Source: a virus (lineage: Duplodnaviria > Caudoviricetes). From it: 64,000 nt of DNA. The DNA lies in IMG/VR virus record IMGVR_UViG_2706796725_000001, positions 18,439-82,438 of that record, one strand, 5' to 3'. Below, piece after piece: positions 18,239 to 28,356 of this stretch. The translations under genes were made by a program, and so were the position numbers. How positions within the stretch are numbered: the first letter of the stretch is position 1; each line of letters starts with the position of its first letter. The notes below the pieces were generated by a model. It did no database searches. It saw only the letters and a list, made by a program, of their open reading frames with translations, and was not told where the DNA came from.

Positions 18239-18868
18239 CTATGAATCTTCCGCAAAGGACTTAATAAAGTCAATCAGGTGATTACTCTGCATAGATACGT
18301 AATGGCTGTAGCGGTCAGAGCATACAGCAGGGTTCACTAGGAATTCCAGTTCAAGGGAGGTGTGATCAAGCCAACTTGAAAGGATGGTCATTCCATAAGT
18401 GCTTGTTGAGGATGCAACCCCATCAATAACTCTAGGAATAAACTTGCCAACAACAGTCATCACGTAGTTTTCGTAAGCGTCTACGGTGGGGTATTTCTTA
18501 CGTGTGTGGTGGTTGTGTTCGTAGATAAACTCTACAGCTATTCGCAATTGTGTTGAGTCGTACATGACTTCTACTGGAGTCACTTCACCTTTAATTGTTT
18601 CGGCTGTGGCGGGTTTTAACTGCTCTGCTTCACCAATCTTTACAGGATACCATGTGTTAGGGATGCTGTCCTTACCTTCACTAACTATTCCACCTGTCCT
18701 GAAAGAGCCTATTATAGTGGAAGCAAAACTCTCAGAAATATCTAGTCTGGATTTAGTACATGTGTCGTCATACCAATTGCCTGTAGCCTCTGGAAACACT
18801 TCCCACAACATACCACCTTTCTTCAAGGCTTCATACTCTTCATAACCTAATTCATGTAATTTCTTCAT
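18239..18868 (-). CDS. Hypothetical protein
   Basis: 209 aa ORF. Confidence 0.7.
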   Translation of the reverse strand: MKKLHELGYEEYEALKKGGMLWEVFPEATGNWYDDTCTKSRLDISESFASTIIGSFRTGGIVSEGKDSIPNTWYPVKIGEAEQLKPATAETIKGEVTPVEVMYDSTQLRIAVEFIYEHNHHTRKKYPTVDAYENYVMTVVGKFIPRVIDGVASSTSTYGMTILSSWLDHTSLELEFLVNPAVCSDRYSHYVSMQSNHLIDFIKSFAEDS

Positions 18869-18872
18869 TTAC

Positions 18873-19930
18873 TTAACCCCTTGTAATGTTTTTGGGACCA
18901 ATCCAGCAACCATCCTTGCCTAAAATCATGGGTTCCAATATTGGCTTACCCTCAATGATTAAGGCTGTACCTATAATCGGCCTCTTTATGTTAACATTGT
19001 TATAGCTAAAAGCATAACTATCATCATCAATCAAACATCCCACTTGAAGGCCCCAAAATAATCCCATAGGGTTCCCCCAATAATCTGCCTTAACTTTTCG
19101 TGATAGTGTCCTTGTATGGCACACATCCCCATCTGTTGGCTGAGCTTGAGAACATCAGAAGACTTGCCATGATGTAAGTAACAAAAATTCCCACCAGGAA
19201 GCCTAATGGTCAGATCAAAATGCCATTTCCAACCCCTACCTACACCCAACACGTCATTGTATGATCGGATGTAGTGACGAGGTATTCCATGAGTTTTTGC
19301 CTTCCTCCAAACCAAGCTACCGTGATTGCTCTCAAGTATATCCATCACAGGAAACATTCTTTCCAACTCTTTTATTACGGGGATAGACTTCTCAAGCTCC
19401 TTTCCAGCACTGTCCAAGTCTGGATCGCTATCGTGATAAGATAGTGCATGTTTGTCCAGCTCGTCCCCCATACAAATAACCCTTGTAGGGTTATACTTAT
19501 CCTTCAAGTGTTGTAAGAACTTTAAAGTATCCTTATGATGGTAGGGTATATGCATGTCCGAAATAAGAAGCACCCGACTATTATCTACGAAAGAACTCTC
19601 ATATACCCCTCTGAGAGCTTCTATTTTGCCTTCTGAGGGGTTTTCTCCTACACCCCTGACATTGCCCCATGTTTCAGGTAAAACCTCACCAGCAGCATTT
19701 TTAGGGTCTTCTGAAGGCTCCTTCATATCTCTCAGACCTAGTGAATTGATAATGTTGTTCACAGAGGACTTCAAAGACTTACTGCCAAATAATTCCTTAG
19801 CAATCTCACGACTACTCTTCCCAGCGAAAAACGCATCTACAACATTACGAATATCATTTTCGGTGTAGGGGTAGGTAGGTGGTTTGTGCATTAGGAACAA
19901 ACGGATAATATCATCAATATGTGTATGCAA
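18873..19930 (-). CDS. Calcineurin-like metallophosphoesterase with N-terminal HTH, frameshifted (~19090)
   Basis: ISDMHIPY, MGDELD, LESNH, HHG and GHYH motifs; continues as DYWGNP...QVGCLID in the next frame. Confidence 0.8.
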
Positions 19931-20020
19931 TAGTTTTCTCCTTATAGTTCTACATTGAAATTAGGCTCAAGTAACTCCACATTACCTGAGCGTATCAGGA
20001 AAATTGGATGTTCGGCCTGT

Positions 20021-20206
20021 TTAAATGCCTCGAAGCAAGCAGACTTGATCTTCTGTTCTGTCCCATACACGGTTGCAAGGATGTTGGGCGTAGTCACTAT
20101 CATCCTCATCTTGAGGGTTATTGATCAAGTCAATCACTTTCTCAACCGTGAGGCAATCATAGCTTGTGGTTTCTACTTCCACGATCAGGGCTAGAGAATG
20201 GGTCAT
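20021..20206 (-). CDS. Hypothetical protein
   Basis: 61 aa, RBS GGAGG. Confidence 0.55.
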   Translation of the reverse strand: MTHSLALIVEVETTSYDCLTVEKVIDLINNPQDEDDSDYAQHPCNRVWDRTEDQVCLLRGI

Positions 20207-20230
20207 ACATTTCCCTCCAATACTCTCCGT

Positions 20231-20557
20231 TCAGTTTTCCAAGTCGCGCACTTCAGCATCATATTCAGTGAACTTCTCTGGATAACGTGCACGAAGTTTA
20301 TTGATAACACGTTCTTGTTCAGCTTCAAAGTTGGTCCCTAAAGCATCAAACAGGATGGCAAGATACCAAAGAATATCTCCAGCTTCCTCTTTGATGTTAA
20401 CCAGATCAAGTTCTTTTCCATAGAATATTGATTTCTTTAATGCGTCAAGCATTTCCCCTGATTCCGTCACACAACCAATAGCTGCATGGAGGATTCTTGA
20501 ATCAACTTGATAGAAGTTTGGTGATTCTGTACGTATGGCTTGTTGAATGAAATTCAT
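20231..20557 (-). CDS. MazG-like nucleotide pyrophosphohydrolase
   Basis: ESGEMLDALKK...KEEAGDILWYL...NKLRARYP pattern. Confidence 0.85.
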   Translation of the reverse strand: MNFIQQAIRTESPNFYQVDSRILHAAIGCVTESGEMLDALKKSIFYGKELDLVNIKEEAGDILWYLAILFDALGTNFEAEQERVINKLRARYPEKFTEYDAEVRDLEN

Positions 20558-20763
20558 TCTTCTTTCTCCTTTTCGATTGGAACAACTAACATTGAAGGGT
20601 CTTTCTGAACAAGTCTTAGGAACATCGTCAAGAAAGCAAACCCAAGATATTGCATGTATGTCCCTTGTATAACACCTAACAGTATTGCTCCTTGGAAGCC
20701 TAAAAAGGCTACGAACAATACGGCTAAGATGTACACAAGGAACCTGTTAAGGAAGTTTATCAC
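20554..20763 (-). CDS. Small membrane protein
   Basis: Two hydrophobic segments. Confidence 0.65.
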   Translation of the reverse strand: MINFLNRFLVYILAVLFVAFLGFQGAILLGVIQGTYMQYLGFAFLTMFLRLVQKDPSMLVVPIEKEKEE

Positions 20764-21302
20764 TGGTCTAACATCTCCTCATATTTCTGAATACGTTCCT
20801 TTTTTGTCTTGCATTTCCCTACAATGGCTTCCTGATCATACTGTGATAACTTACCAAATGCAATCACTTTCTTACGCCTAATTGCTTGTTCGTATGTAAT
20901 CCCTTGACGATCTGCTAATGATAGTGCGTTGTTACACTCTTTGCAAACAGGTCTTAGGTCATCTTCTGTCACAAGGAACAGGCGTTCAATGAAGGTTTGA
21001 ATATCTTTGAGAGAGTTAAGCTGTCCCGCTGCTTCAATATGATCCACTTGTAATTGCGATGTGGGAAAGTCTTGTTTACACATTGCACAAGTAAAACCCC
21101 ACACTGTAGGTTTGTTTCCTCTTGGATTGGGGTTCTTAATCTGCTTCCTGATCTTCTTAATGAAGATGTGTTTAACAGGATGCTTGTTCCATGCTGAACG
21201 TAAACAACCCCTCAAATAGCTCATCAATTTAGCAGGGGAATTCCATACGTCAGGATAGAGGGCGAGCATCTTGTTGAACTGTTCTTGTGAGTCTTTAGGC
21301 AT
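20760..21302 (-). CDS. HNH endonuclease
   Basis: CAMC...QVDHI...CKECN; start at ATG 21302 behind AGGAGG. Confidence 0.85.
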   Translation of the reverse strand: MPKDSQEQFNKMLALYPDVWNSPAKLMSYLRGCLRSAWNKHPVKHIFIKKIRKQIKNPNPRGNKPTVWGFTCAMCKQDFPTSQLQVDHIEAAGQLNSLKDIQTFIERLFLVTEDDLRPVCKECNNALSLADRQGITYEQAIRRKKVIAFGKLSQYDQEAIVGKCKTKKERIQKYEEMLDQ

Positions 21303-21546
21303 TAAACACTTCCTCCTTGATAGCAACAACTTCAACCTTACCGTGCAGTGTTTCAGTGTCAACGTCACCACGATTCAAAACTAAATCACCTTTCGCGTCT
21401 CTCTTATACTTGATAAGGTATCTTTCTTCTGTATCTAACTCAATAACATCTGCCACTTCTTTTTCGTCCAGAAGTACACGAACATTACCGAGATTGTATT
21501 CAGGCAAAGGTTCTCCTTTTAGAAGGGATTCTACTGTCATTTTCAT
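21295..21546 (-). CDS. Hypothetical protein
   Basis: 83 aa, overlapping its neighbours. Confidence 0.65.
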   Translation of the reverse strand: MKMTVESLLKGEPLPEYNLGNVRVLLDEKEVADVIELDTEERYLIKYKRDAKGDLVLNRGDVDTETLHGKVEVVAIKEEVFNA

Positions 21547-21977
21547 AGTTCACCATCCTTTATACGTCTACGTATTTCCATCAGCATCCTTCCTAGATAG
21601 TTTTCACCTTCACCAGTCTTCAAACAAACTCCCCAGAACTTATCGCCCCACCAATTCCCCTCTTGAATGAATTCGTCACCAGTCTCTAACAATTTTGATC
21701 TTAGAGGCTCTATACTGTATTTTCTTTTCAGAATATTCCACATGACCTTTTTCTTGTACTCATCCCAGTCCTCTTTAATATCAACCTGTCTTGACTTCTT
21801 TTTTATTAGGTATGGGTTATCTTCAGAAGCACACCAGTCTTTCCAATTTTCATCACCACTTTTAGCTGACTGGTATGCTGCCTCTGAAGACTTGAAAACC
21901 CTTCCCTTATATAAAACCTCACAAGGATACATATTACTTAGAAATGTATAAGGTTCTTTCTTGAATGTTTCTATCAT
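21543..21977 (-). CDS. NADAR (YbiA-like) family hydrolase
   Basis: FLSNMYPC, SEAAYQSAK, LLETG...EGNWWGDKFWG and GENYLGRMLMEIR motifs. Confidence 0.9.
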   Translation of the reverse strand: MIETFKKEPYTFLSNMYPCEVLYKGRVFKSSEAAYQSAKSGDENWKDWCASEDNPYLIKKKSRQVDIKEDWDEYKKKVMWNILKRKYSIEPLRSKLLETGDEFIQEGNWWGDKFWGVCLKTGEGENYLGRMLMEIRRRIKDGEL

Positions 21978-23017
21978 GATAATTCCTCCGGCACATATTG
22001 CATAATCAATTCTCCTTTATCGTGTTTGTTACGTAGCATCCACAGGAGCCTAAGACTCTCTTCAAACACCTCTCTCCACGTCTTAGAGGTTTCTTCTCCA
22101 GTGTAACAGTGGGTGTAGGTGTGAACATCTCCATAATGCTTCTTATATTCCTCTGCAACGTCCTGTACAGCCTCTGGAAGATGAGATATACAAGCACCAG
22201 AGTATTTATCAAGGAGTTTGAAAGCCTTCGCATCACCCCATTTAGGAAGCCCTATAATACCATCTACATTGTCCCCTTTAAGCATTTGGAACAATAGGAA
22301 CAAAGCACCTGTCCCAACCACCTTCTTACCATTATTCTCAAGCCTTCCTACAATCTTCTTAGAAGAGAATATGGGACTTGTCATTTGATCTAATATCATC
22401 ACATAACTTCCCATAATTTGCAGGCTGTCCTTGTCTTGTGAAATCAATACAGCCTTATGTTTCATCTTCTCTGTATTAGCTACAACAATATCATCTGTCT
22501 CAATGCTACCCCTTGTTGTGATTATCTTGGGGTTTTGTAGGGCATACCGTCTAACAGCTTCCAGATGATGTGGCTTACGCGTATCACCACGATTACCTTT
22601 GTAGGGGGATAATGTGGCGATATCATATCGGAAGTTTTTCAATCCAGAAGCCTTACTTAAATAACACTTCCAATCCGATACACCAGATTGTTTCAAGTAT
22701 TTCTTCAAAAGTCTGTCGAATTCTTTGTAGCAAGCATTTACAGGAAGTATTTCGTATTCAACTTCTCGTATAAGATTATCGGGATCACCTTTGTAATCAA
22801 ATGAAAAACCCTCTTTCAACTCCCATATCCACCGTTCATATTCTTTAGCAGATGTAAATTGTTGAATCTTCTCCCCTGTAGGTGTTTTAGCAGAATACCA
22901 CACCTGCTCACCCACAGAAGCACTTGCCATGAATATGAGACTGTCACCATCAATGTAGGCAAACTCAGGAGGGGGTGGTTGTTTTAGTGTTGGGTATATC
23001 AAGGAATCTTTCGTCAT
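21974..23017 (-). CDS. 5'-3' exonuclease (FEN/RNase H-like)
   Basis: IDGDS, ETDD, QDKD and GDNVDGIIG acidic motifs. Confidence 0.88.
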   Translation of the reverse strand: MTKDSLIYPTLKQPPPPEFAYIDGDSLIFMASASVGEQVWYSAKTPTGEKIQQFTSAKEYERWIWELKEGFSFDYKGDPDNLIREVEYEILPVNACYKEFDRLLKKYLKQSGVSDWKCYLSKASGLKNFRYDIATLSPYKGNRGDTRKPHHLEAVRRYALQNPKIITTRGSIETDDIVVANTEKMKHKAVLISQDKDSLQIMGSYVMILDQMTSPIFSSKKIVGRLENNGKKVVGTGALFLLFQMLKGDNVDGIIGLPKWGDAKAFKLLDKYSGACISHLPEAVQDVAEEYKKHYGDVHTYTHCYTGEETSKTWREVFEESLRLLWMLRNKHDKGELIMQYVPEELS

Positions 23018-23028
23018 AGAGTCTCCTC

Positions 23029-23061
23029 AAATGAAAACGCCCACCATAATTGGCAGGCGTT
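23029..23061 (-). terminator. Rho-independent terminator
   Basis: AACGCC...GGCGTT followed by TTCATTT. Confidence 0.55.
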
Positions 23062-23082
23062 GTGTTATGGATTAATTAGTCG

Positions 23083-23733
23083 TTAGAACGGATCGTCATC
23101 GTCGTCCACGTCATCGAAGTCGGCAGCAGGATTTGGCTTGCTTTCTTCAACTTTAGGACGTTCAATATCCAGACCCAGTTCATCGTCAACGATACGACCA
23201 CCAGCGCCACCTTCATACGGCACATGCTCCAACACTTGCACCAGATCAAGGGATACCACCAGCATATCCTCTTTGTTACGGTAGCCCCAGCAACGAATAT
23301 TCACCTTAGTCATGTTACCAAGGTCTTCCTTAAATTCGTTACCGTCTTTATCAACAACGACGATCTTGACTGGATCACCATTATTGTTAAGGGACTTACG
23401 GGTGATAGTGAAGCCATGCATACCCTTTACAGGCGCATACAGCTCATTACCTTTATCATCTTCCAAAGGGAATTTGATCTTACGCTTCTTGTTCTTATCC
23501 TTGCCAACTTCGAACAGGGTTTTGTTCAGCAGGATTTTATCCTCAAGCATGTCCCGTGTGTCTGAATCAACAAATACATTCACAGAGTATTCATGAGTTG
23601 AGGGGTTTTTAGCGTTTGGGTCAACCTCAAACATCTTCTTTGGCTTGTGCACACAAGCGTAGAACACTGGCACATTTTTTAGGTACAAGTATTCAAATTT
23701 ACCATCTTTTTTAACTACAGCTTTAGTTGCCAT
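23083..23733 (-). CDS. ssb: Single-stranded DNA-binding protein (T7 gp2.5-like)
   Basis: OB-fold-like body; acidic tail DFDDVDDDDDPF ending in Phe; adjacent to replication genes. Confidence 0.75.
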   Translation of the reverse strand: MATKAVVKKDGKFEYLYLKNVPVFYACVHKPKKMFEVDPNAKNPSTHEYSVNVFVDSDTRDMLEDKILLNKTLFEVGKDKNKKRKIKFPLEDDKGNELYAPVKGMHGFTITRKSLNNNGDPVKIVVVDKDGNEFKEDLGNMTKVNIRCWGYRNKEDMLVVSLDLVQVLEHVPYEGGAGGRIVDDELGLDIERPKVEESKPNPAADFDDVDDDDDPF

Positions 23734-23853
23734 AAGTGGTATCCTCTATCTATATTATCGTGTGTCGGGAACATTCCCAGTTATTTCTCAAATATTGCGT
23801 CAACCTATTTGAACAAATTAACGTGTAGGTTGAATCCACGTTGTTGTTGGGGA

Positions 23854-24126
23854 TTAATTCCCTTTGATCGTTTCAATCAATTCAGCTTTAGCCAGTGTTG
23901 TTTCACTCGCCTTACCTTCCTTGTATTTCAGATCATATTCAATTGCAGCATAAGATGCAAGGAATTTAGGGCAAAGACCTTTCTCCTTGGCTGTCTCTTT
24001 AATTTCTCGGACCAGCTCCTTGAATCCGTCAATCTGAATCATTGCATCAACGATTTCTGTTGAAGAGTTTGTCAGAACTTTCTTCAAAGCTGGATCATTT
24101 GGAATATCTGTGATTAGGTCTGTCAT
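23854..24126 (-). CDS. Hypothetical protein, possibly T4 DsbA/GapR-like dsDNA-binding
   Basis: 90 aa, ELVREIKETAKEKG pattern; weak resemblance only. Confidence 0.4.
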   Translation of the reverse strand: MTDLITDIPNDPALKKVLTNSSTEIVDAMIQIDGFKELVREIKETAKEKGLCPKFLASYAAIEYDLKYKEGKASETTLAKAELIETIKGN

Positions 24127-24144
24127 TTCATTCTCCTATATTGT

Positions 24145-24363
24145 TTAGGCTGATTTCTTGGTATCACGATTTAAGTACAAGGCACAGTCATTTAGGAATT
24201 CTGCCTTCAGGCATGTGGTGCATTCCCCACCTGAATCCAGCATGATAGATTCCCCATCAAGGAAATCCTGTATCACTTCATTTGCTTCTTCAAACGTGTC
24301 GAATGCTGCCCGCACCTTGAAGTCTGTATTAACTTTGATAATTGTCATTGAGTACATCTTCAT
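24145..24363 (-). CDS. Hypothetical protein
   Basis: 72 aa, RBS AGGAG. Confidence 0.6.
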   Translation of the reverse strand: MKMYSMTIIKVNTDFKVRAAFDTFEEANEVIQDFLDGESIMLDSGGECTTCLKAEFLNDCALYLNRDTKKSA

Positions 24364-24389
24364 CTCCTGTTTCCGTTGTTTGTTCAGCT

Positions 24390-24418
24390 ATTGTATTGGG
24401 TGGTTGGTTGGGTGTCAA
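24390..24418 (-). promoter_or_regulatory. Sigma70 promoter
   Basis: TTGACA-17 nt-TACAAT. Confidence 0.8.
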
Positions 24419-24433
24419 GCGATTCACTGTATT

Positions 24434-26527
24434 TTATTCTGTATACTCAAGCGGATCAACCAACTTCTGAGCAGCCTGAATGTAATATTCATAATTAAGA
24501 TCACCATCATAATCCTTCATGTGATTACATGTCTTCACCTTCCATTCCTTATCTATACCTATCTCCCGTTCATCCTGCTTGTCAGGTAGAGGTGGCATAA
24601 TTTTAATCAATGAACCCCCTTCTTTTGCAATGTAGTATCTACAAATATTTTGTTGGGGTTCTTCTCTTAGAATATTACCATCTTCATCATGATACCTCAA
24701 CACCAACCTAGAGGAACGTGGAACTTTCGTTCTACCAATGAAATCCATACGTTCCTTATGTGAGAAAATGAAATCTTCAACAGTACCTCGACCTAACAAC
24801 TCATGTTCAGCAGCCATGGGTATTACTAAGAATGACTGATTTTGATGCCACCCTAATCCGTCATACTCGTAACACCCTTTACGTTTAATCTTACCGTTAA
24901 CATCTACCGCGATGTAATTGTTAACGTTCGCAATGCACATCTTACTGTATTCAACACCTTCCAGCGTAAGCTTAGTTAATGCCTCCCACTCTGCACAAAC
25001 ACGCTCTGCTTGTTCTCTGTAAGCCTTATCCACTGTGAACTCACACCCATCAGTATTGACCATCACCATCTTTAAAGTCGGAACTTCAAGTAACCATTCA
25101 CTCAACATGATCAATGAAAGTTGACCGGAAATAGTGATAGTCATTGTATATTTAGAATCATAGAACGGACTGTACTTACTGTTGCTATCACCATACACGC
25201 TGTTCAATGCCAGTTTCATCATTAAGTTTTCAGGCTGATCCTTACTGAAGGACTTGCGCTGGTTGAATACATCTTCATAAATATCACAAAAAGTCTCACT
25301 CAGATGTTCAGGGTATATACGATTCTTAATAGCCAAGTTAGGGTAATAACTCGCTACGTCATACGATAAAATTACCCTATCCTTCGTTGTCTCAAATATA
25401 CTGTTGCTGATTGCACCATGCAATCCTCCTGTTCCGAAGTCATACTTAAACCCGTCCACAACCACATTTAAGTTATCAGCAATGTTCCAGCACAGATAGT
25501 AACTCTTCTTCTTAGATTTAAGAATTCGCTCCTCAACCCAAGCTAGAGGAAGTTTTGCTTTAATTTCAGCAAGTTCCTCATCTGTAGGTTTACCCTTGAG
25601 TTTCTTCTGCTTCTTCGTCATTGCACAATATTTCGCCAGTTCTTTGCCGAGTTCATGTTCAGGAATATCCGTAAGACTCCCTTTTGTCTCGGTGATAACC
25701 TTACGCTTAAACCATTCATGTACAGCCTTGAACTCAGGACGCTTGAACTTGATGTAGGGAACCAAGCATTCACCCAAATTGATCTGCTTACGGATCGTCT
25801 GATTTAACTTACGACCTTGTTTAGTTTGGGTGTAACACATCCCTGGTTTTTCACTTTCTAGCTTCATTATGAAATATTCTTTACCGATCTTACCATCGTT
25901 AAAGTTAGTGAAGTCTCGCTTATACTGCATCGAAAGTTTTTCACGGAATTGGATCGCATTAATTGAACCTTTATAAAACTCTTCTGTTGCAAAAACATCA
26001 TGCTTGTTGTAGAACAAAACCTCATCCATTTGAGGGAATGTGAGCGGTATTGCAGGATCATACGGTAAGTCCTGAATATCTTCCATTCGCATGTTGAATT
26101 CAATCATCTTCAAACTTGTCGATCTAGCCTTGTTATCGAAATGATGAACCTTGAATAAATCAAGCTGAGGTATCAACCATTCTTTTTCAGGCACAGTGTT
26201 CTTGAACTTATCTTCATCTTTGAAAGAACGAATGATCGACATAGCTTTATCATAAATATCATCCACCGTGCAGTCTTGGTTTTTAAGAATGTAATGTAAT
26301 ACGGGGTAATCAAACCCAATAGAATTGAAGCCTACTAACCGACCATCATTCTTAGCAATGACTCTCAAGAACTGAATCATTTTCTGTCTTTCATCTTTCC
26401 TATCTGAAATCTCAAACGACCAACGCTTACGTTCAACAGGATAACTCACTACCATACTGAAGAAGTTTTTATATGTTTCTATATCCCAAACAAAATCCTT
26501 ATAAACTTTAGGCTTCTTACGTCCCAT
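24434..26527 (-). CDS. DNA polymerase, family B-type
   Basis: Exo I WDIETY; YDVASYYPN; KLALNSVYG; NTDG. Start at ATG 26527 behind GGAGG. Confidence 0.92.
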   Translation of the reverse strand: MGRKKPKVYKDFVWDIETYKNFFSMVVSYPVERKRWSFEISDRKDERQKMIQFLRVIAKNDGRLVGFNSIGFDYPVLHYILKNQDCTVDDIYDKAMSIIRSFKDEDKFKNTVPEKEWLIPQLDLFKVHHFDNKARSTSLKMIEFNMRMEDIQDLPYDPAIPLTFPQMDEVLFYNKHDVFATEEFYKGSINAIQFREKLSMQYKRDFTNFNDGKIGKEYFIMKLESEKPGMCYTQTKQGRKLNQTIRKQINLGECLVPYIKFKRPEFKAVHEWFKRKVITETKGSLTDIPEHELGKELAKYCAMTKKQKKLKGKPTDEELAEIKAKLPLAWVEERILKSKKKSYYLCWNIADNLNVVVDGFKYDFGTGGLHGAISNSIFETTKDRVILSYDVASYYPNLAIKNRIYPEHLSETFCDIYEDVFNQRKSFSKDQPENLMMKLALNSVYGDSNSKYSPFYDSKYTMTITISGQLSLIMLSEWLLEVPTLKMVMVNTDGCEFTVDKAYREQAERVCAEWEALTKLTLEGVEYSKMCIANVNNYIAVDVNGKIKRKGCYEYDGLGWHQNQSFLVIPMAAEHELLGRGTVEDFIFSHKERMDFIGRTKVPRSSRLVLRYHDEDGNILREEPQQNICRYYIAKEGGSLIKIMPPLPDKQDEREIGIDKEWKVKTCNHMKDYDGDLNYEYYIQAAQKLVDPLEYTE

Positions 26528-28260
26528 TAGTATAGACCTCCGCATCATTCAGAATAACAGTTTCGATGCTTGGTAGAGCATCGTCGGAATACCCGAAAGC
26601 ATCTTCCATTGATGGAGCCAATTCGTCTAATGGCGGCATCCTCCAATCGTTTGTGTGCTAGAAAGCAAAATAATACCCAAATCGAAACAATAACGTTACA
26701 CGCGCCGTGCGCAGAATCTCTTTCTCTGTACGACGCTGAATACCCCACCCGTAATGACTCCATTTCTCCATTGCGCGTGAACCTGTGAACTGTGATGATA
26801 ATACATCGCCTCCAGCATCGTGTGGTGTACCACTCTTTACAGGAACGTGTGAATACATAAAGAAAGTAACTTGCAGTTCCATCGCCATACTTGCTGCTCT
26901 CATAAATGAGTTCAGAATGGCTCCTGATGAATGTTCTGCAACTAGAGCGGTCAATGGGATGATAAATAACCAAATACCTGATGCCCAGTAACGAACAGTA
27001 GCAAGAATCTCTTAACGCACACCAGAAGAGTAGAACATCTCTTCTAACAGATTGAAAGCCCTCTCCATCTCTTCTATGGTGTAACCGCCAATCGGTGGTT
27101 TGGTGAACTGTCCTGCATATCCAGCAACCTTCTTCAATGTCACAGGGTTTTTCCTCAAGCGACATTACCCCAACCATTTCACCATGCACTTCTGTGAAGT
27201 GTTTGATCAACTGATGTTGATGTTCGGTCTTGCCTATTTTGGGGGCAGCACCAATCACATGAATCTCACCACGTCTGACCCCAAGAGTCGCCCTTGTAGC
27301 TGAAGGCCAAGGTAACGAAATACCCATTTCTGGCATCTTCATGGCACGTTCATAAATATCACGCACAGTGAGAACCTGTGAAGGACGCTTAGGCATTGCT
27401 GACCAGAACAACTGGCGTAACTGTTGTGCGCCACCTTTCGTCTTCAAATATTCACAAGGGTCTTTAAGTGTTAGATTCGCAACAATCACCTTACCATGCC
27501 CGAACATCTTACTGATTGCAGCAGCCGCTTCTTGACCAGCTTCGTCATTATCAAACATCAGTACAATGGTCTTGAAGCTATTCACCCATGCAAAATTTGC
27601 TTGAATCTGGGAAGCAGAGTTACCACTCCCTACATGGGGTGAAACAACAGGGGTTTCGTAATCATCTTTTTTCAGAGCCTGATACACTGCCATGCAATCT
27701 TCTTGACCTTCAGTGATAACCAAATATTTACCACCTTTAGTAAACAAAGACTGTCCGAACAATTCTGACGTAGCACGTACACGTCCGATAGGGAAGAACG
27801 GTAAACCTTTGACAGTCTTATCCTTCTTACGTGCTTGCTTAATTTTATCATTACGCACATGGTATCCTGAGATTGTTCCACCTTCAGTACACGGATAGTA
27901 ACGATAATGCACAACTCCATCTTCATCAAACTTAGTGTATACACCGTACTTCTCACACACTGCACGAACAATACCTCGTTCACGCCAACCTCTCATCTCC
28001 ATGGACTGAACAGTTTGGAGTTCTTCATCTGTAATCATTTTTGATTCTCTCTGCACTTTTTTCTCCTTAAAATTTGATGTATCGAAATTATCACTAATCA
28101 TTTGTGGGTGTATGTATCCGCAATTAGAATAGCAAGTTCCGTCATAAACCAACTTGTCTTCTATTTTCTTTTGGTAAATCGCTAATGAGTCACTACTTCC
28201 ACACTTAGGGCAAGGTAGATCATATTCAACCAAAACCCCTTTTGAATTTTCTTTCTTCAA
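26517..28260 (-). CDS. T7 gp4-like primase-helicase, frameshifted (~27155 and near the C-terminus) with in-frame codon losses
   Basis: Zn ribbon CPKC...CYSNC; TOPRIM ITEGQED and FDNDEAG; Walker A GAAPKIGKT; later frame SHV...FTGSRAMEKW. Confidence 0.9.
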
Positions 28261-28356
28261 CCCCTCAATCCCTCCTAGTGTCTTTACACATATCTTTACA
28301 CATGCACGTAGCATTACAGCATACATTGCTTAAAATTACAATAAGGGATACATGAC

